NCBI GenBank assembly: GCA_964505635.1
Contig: CAZDIP010000001.1
Span: 116,386-180,385 of the forward strand
Direction: 5' to 3'
DNA: 64,000 nucleotides
Source: an uncultured Candidatus Saccharibacteria bacterium
Lineage (GTDB): Bacteria; Patescibacteriota; Doudnabacteria; UBA920
Position numbers and translations under genes: made by a program. Positions within the stretch are counted from its first letter, which is position 1, and every line of letters begins with the position of its first letter. Shown in pieces: positions 48,576 to 59,065 of this stretch. Below the pieces are notes generated by a model. It did not search any database. It was not told the origin of the DNA and was given only the letters and a program-made list of their open reading frames with translations.

Positions 48576-50330
48576 ATGGATAACACCGAAAACAAAATTA
48601 CGGTTTTTGCTAAAACAAATTTCCGAAATAAGGAAGTCGCTTTTGGCATAAAAACGGACGATCGCCGCAGGCATATGTACCTGATTGGAAAAACCGGCAT
48701 GGGAAAAACAACCATGATGGAAAACATGGTTATTCAGGATATTCGCAATGGAAACGGGGTAGCCTTTTTAGATCCCCATGGGGATTCTATTCAAAGAATA
48801 CTAAATTCTATTCCTTCCAGCCGAGTTAATGATGTCATCCACTTTAATCCCGCTGATCTGGAATATCCAGTCGCTTTTAACATCTTAGAAGCGGTTGATG
48901 CAAAATATAAGCACTTAGTTGCTAGTGGATTAATGGGTGTGTTTACAAAAATTTGGGCGAATTTGTGGTCAGCAAGAATGGAATATATCTTAAATAATAC
49001 CATCCTAGCTCTTTTAGACAGTCCTGGTAACACGCTTTTAGGTATTACACGCATGTATGTGGATAAAAAATATCGGAAGCGAATTGTTGATAATATTAAA
49101 GACCCGATGGTTAAAGCCTTTTGGGTGGACGAATTTGCCAATTATAACGAAAAGTATAGAACCGAAGCAATTGCCCCGATCCAAAATAAAGTTGGACAAT
49201 TTTTGTCTTCCGGAATCATCAGAAATATTGTTGGCCAGCCTAAAAGTACCATAGATTTAAGGGAAATCATGGACAAAAGAAAAATATTGATTATGGATTT
49301 ATCCAAAGGAAAAGTAGGCGAAGATAATTCTGCTCTATTGGGTGCGATGATAGTAACAAAGCTGCAGTTGGCCGCTATGTCCAGAACCGACATACCCGAA
49401 CACGAAAGGAAAGATTTCTATCTTTATGTGGATGAGTTTCAAAATTTTGCCACCGAAAGCTTTGCGACAATTTTAAGCGAGGCCAGGAAGTATAGATTAA
49501 ACTTGATTGTCGGGCACCAATATATTGCTCAGCTTGAACAAGATAAAAATACTAAGGTTAGGGACGCGATTTTTGGCAACGTTGGATCAATAGTACTTTT
49601 TCGCATAGGAGCAGCTGATGCGGAATTTTTAGAAACTGAGTTTGATCCCATTTTTACGCCAAATGATATGGTTAACCTGCCTAAATACCAGATTATTTTA
49701 AAGCTAATGATTAACGGCGTAGCCAGCGAGCCTTTTTCTGCAATTACTTTACCCCCTAGTCCCGATTATTACACAGGTAATATGGAAAAGGTCATAAAAG
49801 TTTCAAGGGAACGATACTCGAATTCAGTGACAGAAGTTGAAGAAAAAATATCCCGGTGGATGGGGGCTGAATTCCACCAGGAAACCGCGGTGTTGGTTGG
49901 CGATGTTTTGGTATCTCAAAAAACGGGGCAAGATAATCAAACTAAAATTCCCGAGTTTGAAAAGGAAGCTTCCGATGCTGATGACAAAAATTCCAAAGAA
50001 CCAAAAAGAAACGAGGTATTAAAATCTGAGAAAAAACCCCAAAATCCCGTCCAGCACCTAATTCAGGATGAAAAAGATAAAATTAAAAAATCAAAGCATT
50101 CAGTTAGTAAAATAGGACGGGTGAAAAAAGAGAATCCAATTTGGAATACCGTAGCGCAAATTAATCATACAAAAATTAAAGAAATTTTTGAAAAAAAAAT
50201 TCCTGAAAATAATGCACAAACTTCAGTTGTTAACGACAATAAAAAAAATTCAGGCGCTTCGGAAATAAAATTAGGATCTAGCAACCAGCCAACAGTTTTA
50301 GAACCCGGTAAAACTCATCTTATTAACTAA
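48576..50330 (+). CDS. TraD/VirD4/HerA-like coupling ATPase
   Basis: Walker A GKTGMGKT, DPHGD, Walker B LYVDEFQ, SEARKY; low-complexity C-tail. Confidence 0.88.
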   Translation: MDNTENKITVFAKTNFRNKEVAFGIKTDDRRRHMYLIGKTGMGKTTMMENMVIQDIRNGNGVAFLDPHGDSIQRILNSIPSSRVNDVIHFNPADLEYPVAFNILEAVDAKYKHLVASGLMGVFTKIWANLWSARMEYILNNTILALLDSPGNTLLGITRMYVDKKYRKRIVDNIKDPMVKAFWVDEFANYNEKYRTEAIAPIQNKVGQFLSSGIIRNIVGQPKSTIDLREIMDKRKILIMDLSKGKVGEDNSALLGAMIVTKLQLAAMSRTDIPEHERKDFYLYVDEFQNFATESFATILSEARKYRLNLIVGHQYIAQLEQDKNTKVRDAIFGNVGSIVLFRIGAADAEFLETEFDPIFTPNDMVNLPKYQIILKLMINGVASEPFSAITLPPSPDYYTGNMEKVIKVSRERYSNSVTEVEEKISRWMGAEFHQETAVLVGDVLVSQKTGQDNQTKIPEFEKEASDADDKNSKEPKRNEVLKSEKKPQNPVQHLIQDEKDKIKKSKHSVSKIGRVKKENPIWNTVAQINHTKIKEIFEKKIPENNAQTSVVNDNKKNSGASEIKLGSSNQPTVLEPGKTHLIN

Positions 50331-50364
50331 AATTCCCCCGCCTAGGCGGGGGAATTTTAGTTAA
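50323..50364. terminator. Perfect 42-bp palindrome, bidirectional terminator
   Basis: TTAACTAAAATTCCCCCGCCT|AGGCGGGGGAATTTTAGTTAA; contains both convergent stop codons. Confidence 0.85.
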
Positions 50365-50681
50365 AGATACTTGTCTATTTCTGTTTTAAGTATTTCCTTT
50401 GGAGCAGCTCCGACAATTTCCCCAACAACCTTTCCTGCTTTAAAAATTTTTAAAGTTGGGATACTCATTACCCCATATTGTGAAGCTAAGGCATTGTTTT
50501 CATCTACATTTACCTTACCTATTTTTAACTTTCCCTGGTAATCTTGAGACAATTCTTCAACAATCGGTCCAATAATTTTACATGGACCGCACCAAACTGC
50601 CCAAAAATCCACCAATACCGGCACTTGGGAGTCTAAAACTTCATTTTTAAAATTAGATTCGCTTAATTTAATTGTTGGCAT
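50361..50681 (-). CDS. trxA: Thioredoxin
   Basis: WCGPC; upstream TTGACA-N17-TAATAT. Confidence 0.97.
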   Translation of the reverse strand: MPTIKLSESNFKNEVLDSQVPVLVDFWAVWCGPCKIIGPIVEELSQDYQGKLKIGKVNVDENNALASQYGVMSIPTLKIFKAGKVVGEIVGAAPKEILKTEIDKYL

Positions 50682-50801
50682 ATGTGTATTTAAATTAATT
50701 TAGCCTGTTTTATTATATTATCCACATCCATGGTCTTTGTCAATGCTTAAATCAATTATATAATTGTTTATATAAGCACAATAAAAATTTGAATAAAAAA
50801 A

Positions 50802-51758
50802 GTGTTAACACCAAAACAAAATTTTAAACTTGCGGCTTTGGCCACTTTTTTTTTATTTGCCCTGGGCCCGTATTTTTACCCAAAATTTACTAAATTACAA
50901 ATAAAAAAAGAGCCTATCTTAGGCAGCCAACAACCGGCGATTTTGGGGGAGTCCGTCACTTTCACCGAAAATCCGATTTTGGAAAATCCTAAACCCTACA
51001 TTTCGTTTGATTTAGAAAAACTCGCAAAAATAAAAGCAAAAAGTTTTTTAATTTTTAATGAAGATACGGGGGAAGACTTGTTGGAAAAATCTTCGGCAGA
51101 AAAAATGGGAATTGCGAGCTTAACAAAGCTTTTAACGGCTCTTGTGGCATATAATAAATTGAGTTTGACGGAAGAAATTCAAATTACTGCTAAGGATAGA
51201 TTCAGTGTTTACCCCCGTATTGGACTTGAGCCGGGAGATACAGTAACTGGGCTAGATTTAATAAGTGCCATGATTATAAGTTCGGCAAACGATGCCGCAG
51301 TTTCACTGGCGAATCATACAGAAAAATCAACAGGCAGAAAATTTAATGAGTTGATGAATGAGGCGGCAAAAGAGCTGGAAATGAATAATAGCAACTTCAA
51401 CAACCCTTTGGGCTTTGATAGCAAAAATAACTACTCAACCGCTCAGGATTTAAAAAAACTTGTCAAAGCCACTCAAAATTTAGGCTTGTTTAGGCTTTTA
51501 GGAAGAAAAAAAATTTATTCTTTTCAGGACAAATACGCAAGTAAAAAATTTACCGTCAATACGACAAATAAGCTGCTTAGCACGACACAGAATTTGGAAG
51601 CAATAAAAACAGGCTATACAGAAAATAGCCTAGGTTCAATGATTGTGAGGATTGAAGTTAATAATACCAAATATATAATAATTGTTCTTGGAAGTAAAAA
51701 TCGTGAACAAGACGTTTTGCTGCTCCTAAATTTGCTGCAAAATGCTCTTGAATTGTAG
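50802..51758 (+). CDS. D-Ala-D-Ala carboxypeptidase, S11 family
   Basis: SLTK, SAN, KTG motifs; N-terminal TM. Confidence 0.9.
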   Translation: MLTPKQNFKLAALATFFLFALGPYFYPKFTKLQIKKEPILGSQQPAILGESVTFTENPILENPKPYISFDLEKLAKIKAKSFLIFNEDTGEDLLEKSSAEKMGIASLTKLLTALVAYNKLSLTEEIQITAKDRFSVYPRIGLEPGDTVTGLDLISAMIISSANDAAVSLANHTEKSTGRKFNELMNEAAKELEMNNSNFNNPLGFDSKNNYSTAQDLKKLVKATQNLGLFRLLGRKKIYSFQDKYASKKFTVNTTNKLLSTTQNLEAIKTGYTENSLGSMIVRIEVNNTKYIIIVLGSKNREQDVLLLLNLLQNALEL

Positions 51759-51808
51759 CCCATTGACCTTAAATATGGTATAATATTGTATATTTTATCA
51801 TTGTATAA

Positions 51809-52846
51809 ATGGAAATAGCCGGATTAACAAAAATTTTTTTATTAACTGTACTAGGTTTTAGTACTGCTTTATTTTTTACACCAATTTTTACAAACTTTTT
51901 ATACAAAAATAGGTTTGGAAAACATATTCGAAACGACGGCACTACGCCAATTTTTTCCAAATTGCATAGCAACAAAGCAGGAACTCCTACAATGGGAGGA
52001 GTACTAATTTGGGGCACATTAACTTTCTTAATTGCTATATTTTGGTTTTTTGGACAAATTTTAAAAATAGATTTTTTTTCTCAGTTAAATTTTTTTTCCA
52101 GAAAAGAAACACTTTTACCACTCGGGGCTCTACTAGGGGCATCTATTGTAGGAGCTGTTGATGATTGGCTTGATGTAAGACAAATGGGCTATAAAGGCAG
52201 AGGGCTAAAATTCAGATACAAAATTTGGCTATACTTATTAGTCGCAGCTATAGGTGCCTGGTGGTTTTATTTTAAACTAGGTTTTGATTACGTATTCATT
52301 CCGTTTTTTGGAAACTTTAATCTAGGATGGCTATTTATTCCATTTTTTATCTTAGTGGTTATTGCGACCAGCTTTTCAGTTAATCAGACTGACGGCTTAG
52401 ACGGTTTAGCCGGAGGAATTTTAATGATTTCGTTTTTTTCCTACGGCTTAATTGCTTTTTTTGAAAGCAAATACGACCTTGCTGCATTTATAGGAGTAAT
52501 TATCGGGGGCTTGCTGGCTTTTTTGTGGTTTAACGTGTATCCCGCTAGATTTATAATGGGGGACACCGGATCAATGGGCTTAGGCGTTCTGTTGGCAGTA
52601 GTGGCATTTTTAACGAATTCTGTTTTATTGCTCATAATAATAGGTTTTATTTTTGTACTTGAGGGTCTTTCTACCACAATTCAAATTTTTTCAAAACATT
52701 TTTTTAAACGCAAGGTTTTTTTGTCAGCCCCAATCCATCACCATTACCAGGCATTGGGATGGCCGGAAACCAAAGTCACCATGCGATTTTGGATAGTTTC
52801 CGCGGTTATGGGCATCTTAGGGATAATAATTTATTTTGCAAGCTAA
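51809..52846 (+). CDS. mraY: Phospho-MurNAc-pentapeptide transferase
   Basis: KAGTPTMGG, DD, TDGLDGL, MGDTGS, APIHHH. Confidence 0.96.
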   Translation: MEIAGLTKIFLLTVLGFSTALFFTPIFTNFLYKNRFGKHIRNDGTTPIFSKLHSNKAGTPTMGGVLIWGTLTFLIAIFWFFGQILKIDFFSQLNFFSRKETLLPLGALLGASIVGAVDDWLDVRQMGYKGRGLKFRYKIWLYLLVAAIGAWWFYFKLGFDYVFIPFFGNFNLGWLFIPFFILVVIATSFSVNQTDGLDGLAGGILMISFFSYGLIAFFESKYDLAAFIGVIIGGLLAFLWFNVYPARFIMGDTGSMGLGVLLAVVAFLTNSVLLLIIIGFIFVLEGLSTTIQIFSKHFFKRKVFLSAPIHHHYQALGWPETKVTMRFWIVSAVMGILGIIIYFAS

Positions 52847-52849
52847 TTT

Positions 52850-54412
52850 ATGTACGACATTCTAATCAAAAAAGCAAAGCTAATTGACGGTTCTGGCAGC
52901 CCAGGAAAAATCTGCGACGTGGCTATTGCCAAAAACAAAGTCGTCAACATCGCGGAAAAAATAGAAACCAAGTCAGAATATGTAATCGACGGAACCGGCA
53001 AAGTTTTATCGCCTGGGTTTATAGATATTCAAAATCACAGCGACAGCTATTGGCAAATTTTTGATAATCCCAAACTCCATAGTCTTGTTAGCCAGGGCTT
53101 CACAACAATTTTAATAGGAAATTGCGGCGCTAGCCTGGCTCCGCTTTTGTCAAAAGACGCTTTGTTATCAATCCAAAAATGGCATAGCCTAGGCGGGGTG
53201 AATATTAATTGGCAAACCTTTGCTGAATATATGGGACAGCTTTCCTCTATGGCTTTTGGTTGCAATATTGCAAGCCTTGTTGGATATTCAACTTTAAGGC
53301 GCGGGGTAGTCGGTGACCAGGTCAGATCTCTGGAAAAAGATGAATTTCAAATTTTAAAAAATGCGCTGATTGAAAGCCTAAAAGCCGGCGCCTTTGGCCT
53401 TTCAAGCGGGCTTTCTTATGCTCACGAGATAATAATTAGTGAACTTGAACTATATGAGCTTGCAAAAATTGTAAAAGATTTTAACGGCCTATTTTCAATA
53501 CATTTGCGGAACGAGGGCTCCGAAGTTAACGAGGCGTTAGCCGAAGCTTTAGATATTGCAAAAAACACGGATTTAAATCTAAAAATTTCCCATTTAAAAG
53601 TCAGGAATGAAAAAAATTGGAACAAATTCAATCAGCTGGTTTCTGAGATTGATACGGCTTTTCATAAAGGTACAAATGTACATTTCGACATCTACCCCTA
53701 TGAGTCAATTTGGCAAGTTTTGTATTCATACTTGCCAAAGTGGGCAATAGAGGGAGGAAGAACTTTAATGCTAAAACATTTTGCCGATCCAGTACAAAAA
53801 AATAAAATCTTAACTTATCTAAACAACAGCGGAATTAAATTTAACAAATTAATGGTCGCTTCATCTACTAACCGACTTAATTTCACCGGAAAAACTATTG
53901 GCCAAATTGCAAAAAATATGGAAATTTCCAGCGAACAAGCCGTTTTACACCTGCTGGAAAACGGCGGTAGCGAGGTATTGGTTTTTGAAGATAATTTAAA
54001 CCCCGAGCATATTCAGACGCTTATGTCCCACCCTCTATCATTGATAGCGACTGACGGTGCTGGTTTTTCAGATCAAAATCAAAACCAACTTGTTCACCCC
54101 CGTTGTTTTGGAAGCGCAACTAAATTCATAAAAACAGTTATAAAAAAAGATTTACTAAGCCTTGAGCAAGCAATATACAAACTTACAGGGGGTCCCGCAA
54201 AAAAAATGAGTTTAAAGGACAGGGGTGTTGTAAAAATAGGAAATTACGCTGATTTGGTACTTTTTGATCCGAAAAATATTTCTGACCGCAGCACTTATGA
54301 AAACCCCAACCAATTCAGTGTTGGTTTAGACTGGGTTTTAGTTAATGGCCAGCCGGTAATTAAAGAAGGTTTAACCACGGGGCTTTTACCAGGGACAGTT
54401 ATAAAAAAATGA
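52850..54412 (+). CDS. N-acyl-D-amino-acid deacylase (D-aminoacylase)-like amidohydrolase
   Basis: PGFIDIQNHSD, GNCG, HLRNE, ISHLK, TDG, HPR, ADLVLFDP. Confidence 0.85.
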   Translation: MYDILIKKAKLIDGSGSPGKICDVAIAKNKVVNIAEKIETKSEYVIDGTGKVLSPGFIDIQNHSDSYWQIFDNPKLHSLVSQGFTTILIGNCGASLAPLLSKDALLSIQKWHSLGGVNINWQTFAEYMGQLSSMAFGCNIASLVGYSTLRRGVVGDQVRSLEKDEFQILKNALIESLKAGAFGLSSGLSYAHEIIISELELYELAKIVKDFNGLFSIHLRNEGSEVNEALAEALDIAKNTDLNLKISHLKVRNEKNWNKFNQLVSEIDTAFHKGTNVHFDIYPYESIWQVLYSYLPKWAIEGGRTLMLKHFADPVQKNKILTYLNNSGIKFNKLMVASSTNRLNFTGKTIGQIAKNMEISSEQAVLHLLENGGSEVLVFEDNLNPEHIQTLMSHPLSLIATDGAGFSDQNQNQLVHPRCFGSATKFIKTVIKKDLLSLEQAIYKLTGGPAKKMSLKDRGVVKIGNYADLVLFDPKNISDRSTYENPNQFSVGLDWVLVNGQPVIKEGLTTGLLPGTVIKK

Positions 54413-55788
54413 TTATGGAAATTTCTGATTTAAAAAATCAGCTTGTTGGAATTTTTGGCTACGGGCAGGAAGGGCGGGCAATATCAAAATATTTACTGAA
54501 GCACGGAGTAAAACCCGTGCTCTTTGATCAGCGAACCTTCCAGGAATTTGATTTAGTGCTGCAATCAGAAATAAAAAAATCAGGGTTGAATTTTATATTT
54601 GGACCAGATGCTTTTTTGGAGGCAAAGGGCTTCGATGTTATATTTAGAAGCCCCGGGGTAAAGTTAAAAAAAATTAAAAGTTGTCTTTCAAAAAAAACAA
54701 TTATTACTAGCCAAACCATATGGTTTTTTAAAAACTGTCCGGCAAAAATAATAGGCGTAACCGGAACAAAAGGCAAAGGAACCACCGCATCGTTAATACA
54801 TAAAATTCTGAAGGCTAATTTCAAAAATACAAAAATAAAAAATTATTTGACCGGGAATATCGGGGAAATTCAGCCTTTTGAAATTTTAGACAAGTTGGAA
54901 GCCGTTGATTATGTTACGTATGAACTTTCCAGTTTTCAACTGCAAGATCTTAAAACAAGCCCTCACATTGGAGTTGTGTTAATGACTACGAGCGATCATT
55001 TGGATTATCATAAAAATCTTCGAGAATACTTAGGAGCGAAATCGGCAATTACCAAATATCAATCTAACAAGGATTTTTCTGTAATTAACCAAGATTTTAA
55101 AAATTCAAAAAATATTGGCAATTTCGGAAGCGGAAAAAAAATTTTTTTTAGCCGGCAAAAACAAATAAATCCAGGGGTATATTTTAATGAAAACAAAATT
55201 TTTGTTAAAAATATTTTAGGTAAAAATTATGAAATATCGGTTGATAACTTGCGATTAAAAGGTTTACATAATATTGAAAATATTTGTGCAGCTACAGCCG
55301 CTGCTTTATGCGCAGGCTGCAAAAAGACAATTATCCAAAGCACTATAAAAAAATATACTGGGTTAAAACACCGGTTGCAACTAGTCTCCATTAAAGGCGG
55401 TATAAGCTATTTTGACGACTCATTTTCCACTAACCCGGATACAACCATAGCAGCGATTAACTCATTTCATGAACCCTTAATTTTAATACTTGGGGGTTCC
55501 AGTAAAAATAGCAGCTTTACAGAATTAGCCCGTACCATAAACAATTCTGCCAACATAAAAGCCATCGTTGCCATAGGCGAAGAGGGTAAAAAAATCACTT
55601 CGCTTATAAAAAGAAATACAATTACAGTCCTAGAAAACGCGTCTTCAATGACAGAAATTTTTAAGCAACTTAGAACTGTTGCAAAAAAAGGAGATGTGGT
55701 TTTATTGAGCCCGGCCTGCGCAAGCTTTGGCATGTTTAAAAATTACAAAGACAGGGGTGAGCAATTTATTTTTCACGCTTCAAGATGA
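54409..55788 (+). CDS. murD: UDP-MurNAc-L-Ala--D-Glu ligase
   Basis: GTKGKGTT, ELSSFQL, DHLDYH, LSPACASF. Confidence 0.95.
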   Translation: MIMEISDLKNQLVGIFGYGQEGRAISKYLLKHGVKPVLFDQRTFQEFDLVLQSEIKKSGLNFIFGPDAFLEAKGFDVIFRSPGVKLKKIKSCLSKKTIITSQTIWFFKNCPAKIIGVTGTKGKGTTASLIHKILKANFKNTKIKNYLTGNIGEIQPFEILDKLEAVDYVTYELSSFQLQDLKTSPHIGVVLMTTSDHLDYHKNLREYLGAKSAITKYQSNKDFSVINQDFKNSKNIGNFGSGKKIFFSRQKQINPGVYFNENKIFVKNILGKNYEISVDNLRLKGLHNIENICAATAAALCAGCKKTIIQSTIKKYTGLKHRLQLVSIKGGISYFDDSFSTNPDTTIAAINSFHEPLILILGGSSKNSSFTELARTINNSANIKAIVAIGEEGKKITSLIKRNTITVLENASSMTEIFKQLRTVAKKGDVVLLSPACASFGMFKNYKDRGEQFIFHASR

Positions 55789-56906
55789 CTCATTTTAAAA
55801 AAAGCAAATCTTTTAAAAATACGAGCCTTTCGGTTCAGTTGCTTATTGTTATTGGTTTTTTGCTCAGTTTTGGGCTTGTTGCATTATATTCCGCATCCAC
55901 AGTTGAATCCTATAATAACTTTAAAAACACAACCTACTATGTAAAGCACCAACTTTTATACGGCGTTTTGACTGGATTAGTCGGCATGTATATTGCCAGT
56001 AAAATAGACTATCACCTATGGGAAAAATACCTAAAATATATTTTGCTTGGAAGTATTTTTTTACTAATTTTAGTTAAAATACCCAGTTTGGGTTTTAGCG
56101 CCGGAGGTGCAAGCCGCTGGCTAAATATTGGCCCAATATTTTTTCAGCCCTCAGAATTAGCAAAACTTGCCGTGGTTTTTTATATTGCCTCCTGGATTAA
56201 TAAAAGAAAAAATTCTTTAAATGATTTTTTAACTGGGGTACTGCCGAGTTTAAGCATAATTGCAATTTTTGCAAGCTTGATTTTATGGCAGCCTGACATG
56301 GGTACTACTTTAGTGTTAGTTTTGGTTGCAATTTCCATGTTGTTTGTGGCAGGACTGCCATGGAAGTATTTTTTTTGGACCGTGGTCAGCGGCTGTCTAT
56401 CAATTTACGCTTTAATTCATCTGGCGCCTTACCGAGCCAAAAGACTTACTACTTTTTTAAATCCTGAGCTTGACCCAAAAGGCATAAGCTACCACATTAA
56501 CCAAGCTTTACTGGCAATTGGGGCGGGAGGAGTATGGGGCTACGGGTACGGCCTTTCAAGACAGAAGCATAATTATTTGCCTGAAGTTATGGGCGACTCA
56601 ATTTTTGCAGTCACCGCAGAAGAGCTGGGATATATAAGAGTAATTTTAATTATTTTTCTTTTTATTTATTTTATGTTGTTGGGTATCAAGATAGCTAAAG
56701 AGGCTCCGGATATTTTTGGCAAAATGTTAGCCTTTGGAATAACAGCCTGGTTTAGTTTGCAAGCTTTGATTAACATTGGTGCCATGGTTAATCTAATTCC
56801 ACTTACCGGTATTCCATTGCCCTTTTTTAGCTACGGGGGCTCTGCCATGGTTATAAATCTTTTTGCTATTGGTATCTTATTTAACATCCTCAAACGTTCA
56901 GGTTAA
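55785..56906 (+). CDS. ftsW: SEDS peptidoglycan polymerase FtsW
   Basis: FQPSELAK, QPDMGT, EELG, TGIPLPFFSYGGS. Confidence 0.92.
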   Translation: MTHFKKSKSFKNTSLSVQLLIVIGFLLSFGLVALYSASTVESYNNFKNTTYYVKHQLLYGVLTGLVGMYIASKIDYHLWEKYLKYILLGSIFLLILVKIPSLGFSAGGASRWLNIGPIFFQPSELAKLAVVFYIASWINKRKNSLNDFLTGVLPSLSIIAIFASLILWQPDMGTTLVLVLVAISMLFVAGLPWKYFFWTVVSGCLSIYALIHLAPYRAKRLTTFLNPELDPKGISYHINQALLAIGAGGVWGYGYGLSRQKHNYLPEVMGDSIFAVTAEELGYIRVILIIFLFIYFMLLGIKIAKEAPDIFGKMLAFGITAWFSLQALINIGAMVNLIPLTGIPLPFFSYGGSAMVINLFAIGILFNILKRSG

Positions 56907-59059
56907 TGAAAAACTTTAAAATATATATTCATTCACATAAAGCAATTAAACTGCCGGTTAATAAACACGGCTGGTTATTCAAATTTTTTTATAAATTTGG
57001 CTTATTGTTTTTAACGTTGCTTAAATTGCCATTTTTGTTCGCCAAAAATCTTATAAGATTTTTGTTATTTTGTTTTCAGCTAATAAAACAAGAACTCCGC
57101 AAAACTTCAGTCAGCCTTAACAAGCGTAAAAATATTTTTTTTTCAAGGCAATATTTACAAACCCTCCTAATATTCTTGCTTATTTCGGCATTTACTTACA
57201 CCTTAATTTTGGCCGGTAAGATGGCTGCAATAGGCATGGAGACCAAAAATCAGATAGTCAGTTCTTCTTACCAGGGACTACTCATGCTCAATGAGGCCAA
57301 AAATTCCCTGAAAACTCAAAATCTGGAAAAAGCAAATCAAAATTTTACTTCAGCCTACCATAACTTTCAAACTGGCCAAGATAGTTTGTCTAAAATTCAA
57401 AAAAAATTCATCAACCTAACCAACTTGTTACCTCAAACTTCTGATGCAAAAAATATTTTGCAAATTGCTAGTATTGTTGCGCAAAGCGGTAAAGATTTCG
57501 TCAATTTTTACAAACAATCCGAGGCCTTTAAACTTAGTCCCGTAGGAATAACTTCCCCCGACCCAAAAGCCTGGCATAAACTAGACGGCTCGCTAAAAAA
57601 CATAGAAAGTAATTTAACTTTAGCGGTTGAGTTGTCAAAAAAAATAAATCCAAACAACCTGCCGCGGGAATTTTCATTGAACTTTTTGGAATCCCAAAAT
57701 GAACTTTTAATGACGCAAAAAGCCTTTTCAAATTTCTCTAAAATTTTTAAACTTTTTTACATAATAAACACCGACCAACATACAGTACTATTGGTTTTTC
57801 AAAACAATAATGAACTTAGGACCACTGGCGGCTTCTTGGGCACTTTTGGCACAATAAATTTTGATAGGGGACAAATTGTGACTCTTCATATTAGCAGTAT
57901 TTATGACCTTGACGGCCAGTTGCGGGAAAACATAATACCCCCAACCCCGATTTTAAATTTAAACTCAAGATGGTTTTTACGCGATAGCAACTGGTTTGTG
58001 GATTTCGCCCATTCGTCAGAAAAAATAACCCAATTTTATGAAAAGGAAGGCGGGGAAACGCCCGACATGGTCCTGGCCATAACACCCAATGTAATTATGG
58101 ACGTGCTCAAAATTACGGGTCCGATAGAAATGCCAAAATACAACTTAACTCTAACGTCCGAAAATTTTTTGGAGCATATTCAGTTAGCCTCTTCTGTGAA
58201 TTACATAGATATTACACCCGGAAAACCAAAACAAGTATTGGCTGATCTGGTTTTAATTTTAATTCAAAAATTGCAGGACATGCCAAAGGAAAACTGGCCC
58301 ATATTTTTTGAGCTCTTACAAAAAAACCTAAATCAAAAAAATATTTTAGCGTCTTCACGAATCGAAGAAATCCAAGAAATTTTAGAAGAGTTTAACTGGG
58401 CGGGTAGAATAACGCCGACAGACAGGGATTATTTGCAAATTTCGACCAGCAATTTAGGCGGTACAAAATCAGACATTTATATCAAACAAAACGCTGAGCT
58501 TAAAACCTTCATACAGCCTGATGGATCAGTAATTTCTGAACTAGAAATTACGAGGCAGAATACTTTACCAAAGGCAGAAAACACTAAAAACACTAGCTAC
58601 GTTAGAATTTTAGTTCCTTTGGGAAGCAAACTGCTATTTAACACGGGATTTGAATATAAATTTTTGGAAAATCAAAAAAAGGCAGAATACAAAACTGACC
58701 CTGATGTTTACGAATGGGAAAAAGGTATGCTAAAAGACGTTTTAACCGGTACTGTCATAGGTGAAGAAGGCGGCAAAACTTTCTTCGCAAATTGGCAGAA
58801 TTTGGAGGGGGGGGAAACAAAAACAATTAGAATAAGTTATGTTTTGCCTTTTAAATTAAAAAGCACTGATCGTTACAGCCTAATTTTCCAAAAGCAGCCC
58901 GGGGTTGAAGCCTACATCCTAAAATGGCACTTAAATTTTAAAAACCATTCATTGGCATGGCAAAATTTTACCTTTAAAAACCTGGAGACAAATTCGGGAC
59001 TTGTTGATATAATTACCGACAAAGACCAAATATTTGGCATAGTAGCGACAGAAAAGTAA
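56906..59059 (+). CDS. DUF4012-like membrane protein
   Basis: QNNNELRTTGGFLG, RDSNW..DF, NLGGTKSD, QKQPG. Confidence 0.75.
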   Translation: MKNFKIYIHSHKAIKLPVNKHGWLFKFFYKFGLLFLTLLKLPFLFAKNLIRFLLFCFQLIKQELRKTSVSLNKRKNIFFSRQYLQTLLIFLLISAFTYTLILAGKMAAIGMETKNQIVSSSYQGLLMLNEAKNSLKTQNLEKANQNFTSAYHNFQTGQDSLSKIQKKFINLTNLLPQTSDAKNILQIASIVAQSGKDFVNFYKQSEAFKLSPVGITSPDPKAWHKLDGSLKNIESNLTLAVELSKKINPNNLPREFSLNFLESQNELLMTQKAFSNFSKIFKLFYIINTDQHTVLLVFQNNNELRTTGGFLGTFGTINFDRGQIVTLHISSIYDLDGQLRENIIPPTPILNLNSRWFLRDSNWFVDFAHSSEKITQFYEKEGGETPDMVLAITPNVIMDVLKITGPIEMPKYNLTLTSENFLEHIQLASSVNYIDITPGKPKQVLADLVLILIQKLQDMPKENWPIFFELLQKNLNQKNILASSRIEEIQEILEEFNWAGRITPTDRDYLQISTSNLGGTKSDIYIKQNAELKTFIQPDGSVISELEITRQNTLPKAENTKNTSYVRILVPLGSKLLFNTGFEYKFLENQKKAEYKTDPDVYEWEKGMLKDVLTGTVIGEEGGKTFFANWQNLEGGETKTIRISYVLPFKLKSTDRYSLIFQKQPGVEAYILKWHLNFKNHSLAWQNFTFKNLETNSGLVDIITDKDQIFGIVATEK

Positions 59060-59065
59060 AATTAT

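Noticed and set aside
46137-50330. Integrative conjugative element / alternative sigma factor
   Set aside because: No integrase, relaxase or virB genes and no att repeats; the sigma-like protein lacks region 2.
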